63,778 nucleotides of DNA, filler included, from Trichomonas gallinae (GCA_008369845.1; 4 parts of 4 records of this genome joined end to end with filler, not necessarily neighbours in it); one strand, 5' to 3'. Positions 31,496 through 43,204 are shown, counted from the first letter of the whole stretch. Program-made: numbers and translations. Notes: generated by a model from the letters alone, not told the origin.

Positions 31496-33487
31496 TTACA
31501 TAGAGTTAAGCTTATTTAACAATAGGGTTTTCTGATTCTCATACAGTGATTTATCATCATTCATTCTATTCTCTAAAGCAGCAATTTCTTCTTGAATTTC
31601 TGAAATGCTTCCTGGAGGCTTTTCTGAGAGCTCTTTATTTCTATTTTGTGCTCTTTCTAAGTCAGAGGTTATTTGCGACGATTTTTCTCTCAATGATTTA
31701 ATTTCGCTTAAATACTGGTTCTTCATTTCATCAATGCGACCCATTTGAGCGTTCAAGAAATTTAATTCATCTGTCAGCTTGTTAATTTCTTCTGTTTCGG
31801 ATTTTTCATTCGAATCATCAACATCATCAATTACAGCCATTGATTTAAGCTTTTTGCTGTAAATGGCCGCCTGGTCTCTTGCAACCAAACCCTGGAAAGC
31901 AATAGAATCAATACTTTTGTCGAATGAATTCATAAAATCGCTTGTATCAACTGGAACTGGTTCTGTGTGATAATCCATGTTGAGCATTGATGTGTCCAGC
32001 ACTGGCTGTACTTGGTCTCCAATTTCGTCAATTCCTCGAAGAAGAACATTGAGATTCATCGATGCTTCAAGTGTTGGATCGTTTCCGAGTGGTTCAAGAA
32101 CATCTGTAGCTTTGTCTTCCTCAGAAAGTTCGAAATTCGGATATTTTCTGCTTGAATTTGGTGTTTCTAGGAAATTTACGACTGATTGTGGTAATTTTTC
32201 GGTTGCTGTTAGTTTAAAGTCTGTAATGAACGAAGTATCGAATGTTGGTGCTTCAAGTTTAAACGAATTTTGTTTTTGCTTTGAATTATCGATAAAATCG
32301 TCAATTTGACTCTCAGACATAATAGACTGATAAGAGTCAACTATTGACAGTCTTTCTGCTTCAGGAATGTAGTTTCCGCACTCGTCAATCATTTTTTGCA
32401 GAGAATGAGACATTTTTTGAATTGTAGGGTCAACGACTGGCTTTTTGAGGGCATGAACAGTTGGAACAGTGCCATCAACACAGTTTTGGAAGCTTCGGAG
32501 TAATTCATTTTCTGTAACTTTTGCTTTTTGCTCAGGAATAGAAACATTATTTAAAAAATCTTTGAATTGTGCTGTAAGATTTACCAAAATGTCACCTTTG
32601 TTGTCATTGCTGACGTTTTCTGTATTAATTGGACGAGTTGGTTCGATTGAATTCATTTGTCGAATTTTGGAGAGCAAAAACTCTTGGTATTTAGCCATAT
32701 CATTGACTGTAAGTTTCTGACTGTCTAATATATGAATTAAATCAGTTGAAGCTGTAATTTGATCATCGTATGAGTTTTCAGCAAATTCTGATGAATTTTT
32801 TTGACTGTTAATAAAGGAAACAATTTGAGATTCTAGATCTTGAGCTGTATTTCTTTCAGTTCTATCTACAAATGATGAAATTTCGTTGATTATTGGAATT
32901 TGCGAATTTTCTAATCTCATAATATTTGAAAAAGAAGCAATATTTGGACTTGGAGTATATTCTATATCTTCGAAAAGCTGATTAACTTGGTTGTGGTGCC
33001 ATTTAACATCTCCAAATTTTGATAATAAATCAATTTCTTCGTCAGCTTTTTGAATTAACTGCGTAAATTTCTCAACGAGTTGATTGTGTTTGTGTTCATC
33101 GAATGGTTGTGTTTCAATTTCAACTGCATGACACAGTTCATCGATTTTATTTTTAATTTCGAGTTTTGTTTGCTGTGAAACATCATTATTTTTAGTTTTA
33201 GACATTTTCCCTGTTACTTTAACTATTTCTTTATGAATTTCATTGAGAAATTCAATTTGTGTATTGAGCCATTTGATTTGTTGCCAGCTAGATTCGATAT
33301 AATCACGTTTCTGGGAGTTTTCAGCAAATATTTGTTTGTATTGTTGCTCCTTTTCGTTATATTCATTTTCTTCTTGCTGAATATCGAGTTGAGAGGCTAT
33401 TTGCTCAAGTTCTGGCAATGAAGCTGTGGCATTCACAAGCTCTTGAACTACTTTATCAGCAACAACGCCATGATCCCTAAAAAACAT
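31496..33487 (-). CDS. Hypothetical long coiled-coil protein
   Basis: About 663 aa from the ATG at 33487; heptad-rich termini. Confidence 0.72.
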   Translation of the reverse strand: MFFRDHGVVADKVVQELVNATASLPELEQIASQLDIQQEENEYNEKEQQYKQIFAENSQKRDYIESSWQQIKWLNTQIEFLNEIHKEIVKVTGKMSKTKNNDVSQQTKLEIKNKIDELCHAVEIETQPFDEHKHNQLVEKFTQLIQKADEEIDLLSKFGDVKWHHNQVNQLFEDIEYTPSPNIASFSNIMRLENSQIPIINEISSFVDRTERNTAQDLESQIVSFINSQKNSSEFAENSYDDQITASTDLIHILDSQKLTVNDMAKYQEFLLSKIRQMNSIEPTRPINTENVSNDNKGDILVNLTAQFKDFLNNVSIPEQKAKVTENELLRSFQNCVDGTVPTVHALKKPVVDPTIQKMSHSLQKMIDECGNYIPEAERLSIVDSYQSIMSESQIDDFIDNSKQKQNSFKLEAPTFDTSFITDFKLTATEKLPQSVVNFLETPNSSRKYPNFELSEEDKATDVLEPLGNDPTLEASMNLNVLLRGIDEIGDQVQPVLDTSMLNMDYHTEPVPVDTSDFMNSFDKSIDSIAFQGLVARDQAAIYSKKLKSMAVIDDVDDSNEKSETEEINKLTDELNFLNAQMGRIDEMKNQYLSEIKSLREKSSQITSDLERAQNRNKELSEKPPGSISEIQEEIAALENRMNDDKSLYENQKTLLLNKLNSM

Positions 33488-33877
33488 TAATTTTGAAAAG
33501 TGACAAGAAAAGAAAAGTGACAAATTAAAAACTGACGAAATATCAAAACTGACAATTTTTGTAAATTTTTTTTGTAAAATTTTTTATTTGACAAATTTGA
33601 TCAAAATAATTTTACTCATAATTTCGATAAAATTAAATACAATAATAGATTAAATCTCCAAATAAGTCAACAAAATTATTTGACATTTTTAAAAATTTGA
33701 CAAATAAACTCTATTTAACGATTTTACATGTCAGTTTAAAACGGAATTTTGAAATTCGATTTCTGAATAAAAACAAGAAAAACAGAAAGTATTTGCTGTA
33801 TACTTTAATAATATCAAATTAAAACAAGAAAAAATTTTCGAAGCCGTTTCTAAACTTCTTGTAATAAATTTTAAAGA

Positions 33878-36800
33878 ATGAATACGAATAGGTTTGACAT
33901 ATCAGAGCAACTTATGCATAATATGATAGACAACGGATGCCTAATGCATGCACAAGCATCAGTTATGCCTGATATCGCTCAAGCTATTCAAGATTCTGAT
34001 CTTGATGGACTAAAAACTTACAATAAACAACCAGATTCGATCGCACACGAGTTAGCAGCAGAAGTTGCAATGCAATATCTCGAACTACACAACTTCCAAC
34101 CTACAATAGAAACAGCAATTATCGAATCAAACGGAGATTTACGTAGAAAACATGATAATAACTATCTCGGACAATGCTTACAACTCAACGGAAAGAAAAA
34201 TCTTACAAAACAATTGGCTGAAATGCGTGAATCTGAAGATACAACAGTTCCACCTTCGACAGTTTTCCCTGAAATCACGGATATCATCGAACAGATCCTG
34301 GTGCCTTCGAAAAGACTGCCTCGCCCGCCGTCAGATTCCGATGATGAATATGATGGCGAAGATCACACTCTTAATACAACAATTTCCAAGTTTGAGCTCG
34401 ATCCACACCAAAAGCGCGCGTTGGAAGAGCGTCTCCTTCGTGAGGCTGAGCGTATGGAGCGTGAAAGACTTAAAAGAGAAGCAAAAGAAAAAGCAAGGCA
34501 AGAAAGGAGGCTGCAGCACGATGAGAGAGTGCGAGCAAGAGAACTTATGGCCGACATGCCTACGGAATATTCATATGTCAGTACTGATGAGCATCCAGAA
34601 CTTGTTGATGCAGAAGTTATGGCAAAAATGTCGCGTTCTGGACGCAGCACAATGATTGTTGAAGAGGAGGAAGAATATTATGAAGAAGAGGATATAATTG
34701 ACAGCCAATACGGCTCTTATACAGATTCTATAAATTCATCGGATTTAATTCGTACCCAAACATCATCATATGATGGTCGTGGATCAAGGGGACGCCACTC
34801 TAGATCAAGGAAAGCCACAATGAACCCTGATCTTACTTCTATTCAAGGCTCTGGAACGAAATCTACAGAAGGATCAGCATATCCAGGCGGTGGAACTCGC
34901 AGCGGCTCTTCTGCAACTCAAACATCAACACACACAAGAAGCAGCGCCACGAGAAGTGGTTCTTCTTCAATAACAAGAGGAAATAACAAAACTGATGGAT
35001 ATCCAACTCTTGAAACCGATTATCCGGGCAATTTCTCAACGACACCATCGGGATCAACTGATGAGGGATCTAAATATTCTTATTCTACATATTCAAGCGA
35101 TAGATACTCATCTCAGTATCCAGGATCTCAAGGCAGCAGGTCAACACCAGGCCTATCAAAAGGAGGAACAACAACATCAACAAGACCACGATCAATAACC
35201 GATTATTCTTATAGCAAAGGAAATGATCCAACTCTTGATTCGCAATTTTCTCGACAATATTCAACTAGCACATATTCTAACAGCAGAGGAGACGAACCTG
35301 AACTTGATTCACAGTTTTCAGCACAATATTCAACAAAATCAAATTCAAATAACGCACCAGATCTTGATTCACAGTTTACTAATCATTATTCAGCTGGTAC
35401 ATATTCATATAAATCAGGAGATGGCCCAGAACTTAGTTCACATTTTAATCCGCAATATTCAACAAGCACATATTCATATGATAACAAAGGAGATGGACCA
35501 GAATTAAGTTCACACTTTTCAGCACAATATTCAACTGACGACTCACCACAAGGCAACAAATTTAAAGAAAATAAAGAAAATGGATACTCGACGTCGACTT
35601 ATTCTAAGGACCTTGACTATACATATGAAACAATCACAGTCGACGAGAACGGCAATCCTAAGCACGCTCTCGTTGATTCCCTCGGCCCTCCAAGCAACTC
35701 ATTTGGTGCAACAGATACTTACGATGGTCCAATATCAACAAAACTCGCTGAAGCTTTTACTAAACAAACAGCTACTAAAACATCTCCATCGAAGACTTCT
35801 ACTGGTGACGAAGATGATGAAGGAACAAGTGAGTTCACGTATGAGACAATCACAATCGACTCTCAAGGAAGAGTCCTCACTGATCTTACACAGCCAAAGA
35901 CGAAAACATCAGCTTCTAAAACTTCTTCAACAATAGATTCAAACGAAGATACAACGGAATTCACCTATGAGACAATAACAGTCGATGAAGAAGGAAAGCC
36001 AATCAAGCGCGACGGATCAACTGTTCCTCTTGTTTCTGACTACACAACAAATGTTATCAGGAAAGATGCCGACGGCGAAATTATCGGACCTGGCGGCTCC
36101 AAACTTAAACCAGCGGAAGTCGTAACAATTGGAACAGATACACTTGAAGACAACAGCTACTCCAATACTACACAAGACAACAACACTTATTCTACAAATC
36201 AAAATTCATCGCAAAAATCAACGGAAAGATTTGGCAATGAACAAAGACCGAGGAAAGAAGGACAGAGAGAAGGAAAGCTAGCTGATATTTTCACAAAGAC
36301 GAAATCTAATACTGGTAGTAATATTGACAGCGAAGAAGGTACAGATAGCGGCGAATATACTTATGAAACAATTTCCATTGATCCATCAAGCGGTTTGCCG
36401 AAAGTGCCACCGGAGCAGAATCCTTTCGCTGAAGCTATTCAAGAAGAACTCTCTAAGCAATCACGTCCGGATGCTCCAACAGAAGCCTCATACATTCCAG
36501 ATTGGGCTGCGAAATTCCTTCCAAAGGACGCAAAAGAAGGAAAAGTAATCCCAAGAAGATATGTTGACGGAAAAACAGGCGATGAAGATTATACATACGC
36601 AACAATAGAAATTGACCCGGAGACAGGAAAACCGTTGATCAAAGACCCAGAGCTCGAGAAACAAGTAGAAAGATACATGGAACAAGAGAAATCAAAGTCA
36701 TATTCATATTCAACATACTCAAATACAACACAAAACACTCCTAAGTTTGGCAAAGACAATGACGATTATTCCGATGATGAATACACCTACGCGACTGTTT

Positions 36801-39800
36801 CTATCGATGAAAACGGCCATATTCCAGTTCTCGACAAAATTGCGCAGCAGCAAAAGTCAATGCCAACACAGCAGTCAAGCATGAACTACTCAGCAACAGC
36901 AACAGCATCAAACAGAGGAGTTGGAGGCGATTTAAAGAGATTCCAAGCTGATGATAGCAAAGAAAGCACTAAACCAAAGTCAGCGAAGCCAATAGACGAA
37001 AATATGGTTGATACAACAATTTCTGTTGACAACACAACAACAACAGCTACGAACATAACTCAGGAATCTAAGCTTCCGCCAATAATGAAAGGAAGCAAAA
37101 CAAAGACAGAAAAATTATCTGAAACAATAAACAAAAACTTCAACCCAACATTGGAATCCGAACCATCAGGTACAACACTTGAATCAGAGATGACAGAGCC
37201 AACACCAGGATCTCGTGGTTCTCCAATCAAGCCAACAACGAAGAAAGGTGGAAAAGGAAGGCGAACAAATCCATCGATTTTCGATACAACTAAATCTGCA
37301 ACAAGAGAATCATCGATCGCTGTATCAGAGTCAACACTTGGAAGACCACTGACAGCTCTAGAAAAAGCCATCGCCATGCATCAGAAGACAGCCGATGAGA
37401 CATCAACAGGCGAATATTCAACGACTGAATCAGGCGAGTATACATATGCCACAGTTACCCTCGACGAAAAAGGAAAGCCAGTAATCAACGAAGAAATCAG
37501 AAGATCAATCGAAAGACAGAACAATGCTGAGGACAATGCATCAAAGAAGTTCCAGCGCGAATATCCAAAGAGACCAGTTCAGTCTCAAGAAGATATGATT
37601 GAATCAATGTCAACACAGCCAGAAGATACATCAAGCGAATGGTCTCAAATGACGAAGCCGATGAAGAGCAGAGATAGAACTGGATCAAGACAGGGACTAA
37701 TGAAATCTCTCACAGCATCAAATACTACTGGCTCCGGCATTAAAACATTCAGGGATAAACGTCAAAAGCCGAAATGGGAGGATATGGTAAACGGCGAAGA
37801 AATCAAGACAACAGATTCAGAAAGTGAAATTGTCTCAAGCGAAAGCCAAGGCGTTGACGATGAGCGAAATAAGGCACTTGCAAGGTTCATTTCCAAGCCA
37901 GCTGAATCTGCAGAAAACACATTCACAGAACTCGAAGAAGACGAAAAACCAAAATCATCAACTACAAGAGGTGACAGGAATTTGCAGCAAAATGATAAGA
38001 GAGAAATTCCATCTTATTCAACAAACACACAGTTAACTAAGAATACTACTCAGTTCGAGCAAATTGAAACAACAGACTCAAACATTGACACGGTTACAAC
38101 ATATGACACTGCTGATTCAAATGATCCATTTTTCGCGAAGCCAAAGCCAGGAATTGATCCAGCAAAAAGGTTCCTTGCTCAGCCACAAAGAACAAGAACA
38201 GCAACTACAACAAATACTAGTGAAAAGGGAACAGCAACATCATCACTCGCAGCTGCAATTGCTGAAAAACCAGTCCCAGGTAAATTTGCTTCTCTCGATG
38301 AAAGCGCACTTGATTCTATGCTTGATAAATCTAACGAATATTCAACAGACTCAGGCACATACACATATGAGTCATTAAGCATCGACAAAGACGCAGAAAA
38401 CAATCTCCAGAAGCTCGCGCAAGAGCAGAAAGAGAAAGACGCGTTGGAAAGATTCACAGATCTGCCGAAGATTTCAGCTGAAGATGCAGAAAGAATGCAG
38501 CGTTATAAAGTTGCTTCCAATGCTCCAGGAGGACCGAAGCAGCGCGATCAGCCAAAGAACTGGGATGAGATGATAAACAATGAGCAAATGGAAGGATCCA
38601 CGACAGTTGACAGCGAAGAAAAAACAGAAACAACAGATACAAGTGAGATGACAGATTTCGAGAAATACATGAAAGGCAAGAAATCTTCTTCATCGCAAAA
38701 ACTTCCGCCTCCTCCATCAGGACTTGAAGGAAAGAAGCCAGCTGAAGTCGAATCTTCATTCTCTCAGATGACTTCTGAGTCTGAATCCAATCAATATACT
38801 TATGCATCAGTTAGCATTTCTCCCGAACAAGCCGCCAAACTTATCGAAAAGACAGGAACAGCAGTAACAATTCCAGAGAGGCATAGAAAGGTCAGGAAGC
38901 AGGACGAAGACGAAGAAGAGCTTAACACATGGGAGAGACTCAAGAGAACAACATCGAGGAAAGATGAAAGCGAATCAGGAACAGAAACAAATGATACAAA
39001 CATTGATTCAACTTCTGAGTCGCCAGATGAGTTCGCTAGAATGGCTGCTGCTGGCCGCAAGAACGCCTCGAATGATCCAACAGTCACTGCACCAACTAAG
39101 GCTTCTATCGATGACTACATCAAGCAGTCAGCTCAAAGAAAGGCAGAGGCAGAAGAAAGAAGGAGAAAGAGGCAGCAAAACTATTCTCAAGACGACAGTG
39201 AATTTATTGATGACGTTGCAACTACATCGAACCCGATGATGAGAGCTGTAAGAAAAGGAAAAGCGGTCGTAAACGAGCCATCATTGGATCTCAGTGGTGA
39301 ATCAGACTTAACAAACACGACAAGCACCGGCGAATACGTCGACAATGTCATCATCAATGTCGGCCCGGACGGAACAATGTACAGGCAGACTTTCGACGGA
39401 AAGAGAGCTGACGTGGAAGAGCAGAAGGACTTGCCGAGATATTCGGAGAAAGATCTGCAGGGATACCACGCGCCAACTCAAAGAGGAGTCTATGGAGCAG
39501 CACATGATAGAAACAAAGACGCTTCCGCTTGGGAGAAGATGAAGGCGAATAAACTCGACTCAGAGCCTATGTGGGATGATTCCAAGACTAAGCCTCTTCC
39601 TAAAATCGACAGAAGATTCGCTCCTCCTAAAGACGAGAACGACAAGACTTACACATATGATACTGTGTCTGTTGAACCAGAGCAATTCGAGAAAATCAAA
39701 GAATTACAGCGTAAATCCGAACAGCAAGTCGACGAATCATATTCATATGAATCTGAACAAGAAAAGCAAAAACTTCCGCCTCCACCACCACAATCAAGCG

Positions 39801-42800
39801 AATACTCATATTCATATGAACCAGATGAAAGCCTCAAATTACATGATGAGAAATCGAAGCCACTTCGCTATCCAATACAAGACGCTCCATCGACGAACGA
39901 AATCGGCCAGATGACATCTGAAGAGAAACAGCCATCGAACAAAGCTGTTGCTGGATCCAATCTATCAGGAAGAACAAGAGACTCAAAGAGATCTCCGCTT
40001 TTAGCAGCAATTCAAGCTAAGCAACAGAGCAGCGATGCAACGCCATCTGATACTTATACTTATACAACAGTCGAGCCGACAACAAGAGAAATGGAGAATC
40101 TAAGAATCTCACAATACAAACCGGACGAGCAATCAAAGACAGGAAGGAGATTTAACCCTGATGTTCCAGCAGATTCATTCGGTTATGCATCAAGGAGATT
40201 CCCAGAAGAAAGATCTGAAGACAAATCAACTGCACAGTCAACAGTTCTTTCAGCAATGCTCGGCAAACAGCAGCCACAGCAACAATCCCAAAAACAGCCA
40301 GATGGAACAATAGAAAGCTCTGACTACAGCGCAGAGTCAGAGGATTTCACTCCGAAGAACATCGCACATAAGAATCTTCAGTACGCTGAGTTCTCTTCAG
40401 ACATCTACAGAGTTGATGATGACGAAGAATCGGCAAAGTTTCCAAAATACCAACCTCAAGTTTCTCAGACAACAACAACGAAGACATCTCAAGCACAACA
40501 ACAGCTTGGTCCCCTCGCAAGTGCCTTCAACAAGCAGCAAACTTCAACAGTATCTTATACGTACGAAACGGTTCCAGAAGGTTACTTACCACAACAAAAG
40601 GCATCCGAAAGATCACGTCGACAAACAAGGCAGCCAACCGAACAACAGCTTGATCAAGAAAAGAAGTTGGCGCCGCCTCCCAAGGCATTCAGATCGAGGA
40701 GAACAACACAACAAGCAAACGAATCTACTGGAGAGTACAATACAGATTCCTCTATCATTGAAAGCGAAGGTGAACCAGTCTTCAACATCCCTAAGGATGA
40801 TGAACAATACAAACTCAAGGACGAAAGCTCCATTTATTCAGAAGACCTTGCAAATAGATATAAAGTTTCCCAGTCCAGAAGAGAGACAACAACGAGGCAG
40901 TCACAAGCACAACAGCAACAGCGTGGCCCACTTGCAAGCGCCTTCAACAAACAACAAACCGCGTCATATTCATACGAAACAACTCAAGACAAATATTCAC
41001 CGCAACAATCTTCACCGAAACAGAAACCAATTCCTACAGAGTCGTATTCATACGAAACAGTGCCAGATAAATCTTCGCCAAAACAGAGGCCAGCTGCTAT
41101 AGCATCATATACATACGAAACAGCTGAAGACAAGACCGCCCCGCAACAGAAGCCAGCAGAAAGATCAAGAAGACAAACAAGGCAACCTATTGAACAGCAG
41201 CAGCAGTATGAAAGGAGGAGAGAGTCAGCAGTTAATGATGCAGCTGATCCGAGATATACAGGTTCAAGGAAGCAGGTTCCACCGAATTCCAGGTCATACG
41301 GAACGAACTCAACAATTCCATATGACAATGAAACAGCAACGTGGGATGAAGACGAGTCCTACTCATACACCTACCAGACACAAAAATCTCCTGAACAGAA
41401 GCCAGAAAGGAAGTCCCAGCCTCCGCAGAGAACGCACAGATCGAGGAGAACAGTCCCGCAAACATACGAATCTGCAGAGTACAACACAGACTCAATGGAC
41501 TCCTCTGTCATCGAAACAGGTGACGGTCAGCCAGTCTTCAACTTCCAGAAGCGCGATGATCCATACAAATACAACGATGAGAGTTCTCTTTACTCAGATG
41601 TTGTTCCAGGCAGATACGAAGCTAAAGTTGCCCAAGCGCGAAAGGATGCAACACCAAAGCCATCGCAAGCACAAAAACCACCTGGTCCACTGGAAGCTGC
41701 TTACAACAAACAGCCAACAGTTACAGCATCATATACATACGAAACAGTTCCAGACAATTATTCGCCACAACAGAGGTCAGCAGAAAGATCAAGGCGACAA
41801 ACAAGGCAACCTGTTGAACAACAGCAGCAGCCTGAGCCAGAAAAGAAGGCAGAGCCAGCAAGGCCAAGCAGGAGAATCGATCCAGATTTCAAACCAACTC
41901 CAGCACAAAGGCTCGCTCCAGGCAACTACTACAACTCATTCGAACCAGATAATTCAATCTTTGAGTCTACATCAAGTGCTCCAGAGTCTCCTCAGCCCTC
42001 TCGCCCGCAGAAAACACAGCAGCCACAGCAGCGCAACATTTCACAGAGAGCACAACAAGCTCCTCAAGAAGGACCAATGTCACAAAAAGCTTCTACTCAG
42101 ATGCAGCTCAGACCAAAGGCTATTGCTTCAACACAAGAATCATCAACAGAGAAAGAGCCTACACGCGTTGAACAACAGCCACAGCGTCCAACGAGAAGAA
42201 CCAGAACACAAGCTTCTTCAGAAGAAAGTGTTTCTCGTCGCGTTTCTTCTATGTCGCCGCAATCAACCGTTTCTCAACAGCCAGAAGAAATTCAGCCTCC
42301 ACAACAAGAGCAGCAGCAACCAGAACATCCAGCATATCAACAACATCAACTTCCTTCATTTCTTCAACAGCATCCTTCACAAATGCCAATGCAGCAGCGT
42401 CCAACAAGAACAAGGAAGACGGAAACCAAAGTTTCATCGACAACAGCGGAAGAAGAGCCAGAGACAGCATCATCAACATTCCCAGCCTACGAAGAACTCA
42501 TGCCTGCTCCATTGCCGAAGCCGGTCTCCAAGTTTGCTGCTGTTCCAGTGTCGAGAGAAGGACCAAGCGGCTCGTCAATCATAGACACACTATCATCATC
42601 TCATCAATCGCAGACCAACTACGTCGAAGTTCCTGAATCTCAGATGACATCGTCAGACAAGGGAGAAGAAGAGGAGGAAGAAGAAGAGAAGCAGGAATCA
42701 TCATCTCAGCCTCAAACAACTTCAATGACTTACACTTATACATACGAGACGCAGGAAGAACCTTCACCAAGGCGCAGCTCGTTGATGCCGAAACGCCCAG

Positions 42801-43048
42801 ATTCACAGGATTCAACGGAAGGTGGAAAATATATCTACAAGATTCCAGCTCAGCCACCAATCACTCAGTTCCAACGTGTTCCACAGCCATTCTCCAAGTT
42901 CATGGCGACGGAAAACAACGACACTTCAGCGATAGACACACCAGTCACATCCTACACGTATGGATCGTCTACAGCAATGACAATGACTCTGAAGCCAGCG
43001 GCTTTGCCAGATGAAGATCCATTGATGCCTATTCCTATCAAGAAATGA
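33878..43048 (+). CDS. Giant low-complexity protein with N-terminal LisH (FOP/OFD1/TON1-like) module and repeated YTYET motifs
   Basis: Uninterrupted 3056-aa ORF. EVAMQYLELHNFQPTIETAIIES is LisH-like; the remainder is S/T/E/Q-rich with internal repeats. Confidence 0.8.
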   Translation: MNTNRFDISEQLMHNMIDNGCLMHAQASVMPDIAQAIQDSDLDGLKTYNKQPDSIAHELAAEVAMQYLELHNFQPTIETAIIESNGDLRRKHDNNYLGQCLQLNGKKNLTKQLAEMRESEDTTVPPSTVFPEITDIIEQILVPSKRLPRPPSDSDDEYDGEDHTLNTTISKFELDPHQKRALEERLLREAERMERERLKREAKEKARQERRLQHDERVRARELMADMPTEYSYVSTDEHPELVDAEVMAKMSRSGRSTMIVEEEEEYYEEEDIIDSQYGSYTDSINSSDLIRTQTSSYDGRGSRGRHSRSRKATMNPDLTSIQGSGTKSTEGSAYPGGGTRSGSSATQTSTHTRSSATRSGSSSITRGNNKTDGYPTLETDYPGNFSTTPSGSTDEGSKYSYSTYSSDRYSSQYPGSQGSRSTPGLSKGGTTTSTRPRSITDYSYSKGNDPTLDSQFSRQYSTSTYSNSRGDEPELDSQFSAQYSTKSNSNNAPDLDSQFTNHYSAGTYSYKSGDGPELSSHFNPQYSTSTYSYDNKGDGPELSSHFSAQYSTDDSPQGNKFKENKENGYSTSTYSKDLDYTYETITVDENGNPKHALVDSLGPPSNSFGATDTYDGPISTKLAEAFTKQTATKTSPSKTSTGDEDDEGTSEFTYETITIDSQGRVLTDLTQPKTKTSASKTSSTIDSNEDTTEFTYETITVDEEGKPIKRDGSTVPLVSDYTTNVIRKDADGEIIGPGGSKLKPAEVVTIGTDTLEDNSYSNTTQDNNTYSTNQNSSQKSTERFGNEQRPRKEGQREGKLADIFTKTKSNTGSNIDSEEGTDSGEYTYETISIDPSSGLPKVPPEQNPFAEAIQEELSKQSRPDAPTEASYIPDWAAKFLPKDAKEGKVIPRRYVDGKTGDEDYTYATIEIDPETGKPLIKDPELEKQVERYMEQEKSKSYSYSTYSNTTQNTPKFGKDNDDYSDDEYTYATVSIDENGHIPVLDKIAQQQKSMPTQQSSMNYSATATASNRGVGGDLKRFQADDSKESTKPKSAKPIDENMVDTTISVDNTTTTATNITQESKLPPIMKGSKTKTEKLSETINKNFNPTLESEPSGTTLESEMTEPTPGSRGSPIKPTTKKGGKGRRTNPSIFDTTKSATRESSIAVSESTLGRPLTALEKAIAMHQKTADETSTGEYSTTESGEYTYATVTLDEKGKPVINEEIRRSIERQNNAEDNASKKFQREYPKRPVQSQEDMIESMSTQPEDTSSEWSQMTKPMKSRDRTGSRQGLMKSLTASNTTGSGIKTFRDKRQKPKWEDMVNGEEIKTTDSESEIVSSESQGVDDERNKALARFISKPAESAENTFTELEEDEKPKSSTTRGDRNLQQNDKREIPSYSTNTQLTKNTTQFEQIETTDSNIDTVTTYDTADSNDPFFAKPKPGIDPAKRFLAQPQRTRTATTTNTSEKGTATSSLAAAIAEKPVPGKFASLDESALDSMLDKSNEYSTDSGTYTYESLSIDKDAENNLQKLAQEQKEKDALERFTDLPKISAEDAERMQRYKVASNAPGGPKQRDQPKNWDEMINNEQMEGSTTVDSEEKTETTDTSEMTDFEKYMKGKKSSSSQKLPPPPSGLEGKKPAEVESSFSQMTSESESNQYTYASVSISPEQAAKLIEKTGTAVTIPERHRKVRKQDEDEEELNTWERLKRTTSRKDESESGTETNDTNIDSTSESPDEFARMAAAGRKNASNDPTVTAPTKASIDDYIKQSAQRKAEAEERRRKRQQNYSQDDSEFIDDVATTSNPMMRAVRKGKAVVNEPSLDLSGESDLTNTTSTGEYVDNVIINVGPDGTMYRQTFDGKRADVEEQKDLPRYSEKDLQGYHAPTQRGVYGAAHDRNKDASAWEKMKANKLDSEPMWDDSKTKPLPKIDRRFAPPKDENDKTYTYDTVSVEPEQFEKIKELQRKSEQQVDESYSYESEQEKQKLPPPPPQSSEYSYSYEPDESLKLHDEKSKPLRYPIQDAPSTNEIGQMTSEEKQPSNKAVAGSNLSGRTRDSKRSPLLAAIQAKQQSSDATPSDTYTYTTVEPTTREMENLRISQYKPDEQSKTGRRFNPDVPADSFGYASRRFPEERSEDKSTAQSTVLSAMLGKQQPQQQSQKQPDGTIESSDYSAESEDFTPKNIAHKNLQYAEFSSDIYRVDDDEESAKFPKYQPQVSQTTTTKTSQAQQQLGPLASAFNKQQTSTVSYTYETVPEGYLPQQKASERSRRQTRQPTEQQLDQEKKLAPPPKAFRSRRTTQQANESTGEYNTDSSIIESEGEPVFNIPKDDEQYKLKDESSIYSEDLANRYKVSQSRRETTTRQSQAQQQQRGPLASAFNKQQTASYSYETTQDKYSPQQSSPKQKPIPTESYSYETVPDKSSPKQRPAAIASYTYETAEDKTAPQQKPAERSRRQTRQPIEQQQQYERRRESAVNDAADPRYTGSRKQVPPNSRSYGTNSTIPYDNETATWDEDESYSYTYQTQKSPEQKPERKSQPPQRTHRSRRTVPQTYESAEYNTDSMDSSVIETGDGQPVFNFQKRDDPYKYNDESSLYSDVVPGRYEAKVAQARKDATPKPSQAQKPPGPLEAAYNKQPTVTASYTYETVPDNYSPQQRSAERSRRQTRQPVEQQQQPEPEKKAEPARPSRRIDPDFKPTPAQRLAPGNYYNSFEPDNSIFESTSSAPESPQPSRPQKTQQPQQRNISQRAQQAPQEGPMSQKASTQMQLRPKAIASTQESSTEKEPTRVEQQPQRPTRRTRTQASSEESVSRRVSSMSPQSTVSQQPEEIQPPQQEQQQPEHPAYQQHQLPSFLQQHPSQMPMQQRPTRTRKTETKVSSTTAEEEPETASSTFPAYEELMPAPLPKPVSKFAAVPVSREGPSGSSIIDTLSSSHQSQTNYVEVPESQMTSSDKGEEEEEEEEKQESSSQPQTTSMTYTYTYETQEEPSPRRSSLMPKRPDSQDSTEGGKYIYKIPAQPPITQFQRVPQPFSKFMATENNDTSAIDTPVTSYTYGSSTAMTMTLKPAALPDEDPLMPIPIKK

Positions 43049-43204
43049 TTTTAATTTTTTTATAGTAAAATGTTTATTTTTTCATTATTTACTCATTCTT
43101 TTTTAAAAAATCGATCTAGCTGTTTGACAACTCGAAATTGAGACAACGTTATAAATATGAGGAAATTTATTTTCAGTATATCGTATATATATTAAGAATA
43201 TAAA

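Noticed and set aside
41190..42584. 464-aa alternative-frame ORF (and 40413-41102) inside the giant gene
   Set aside because: Expected by-product of CAA/CAG/ACA-rich codon usage that avoids stops in the shifted frame; no recognisable domain.
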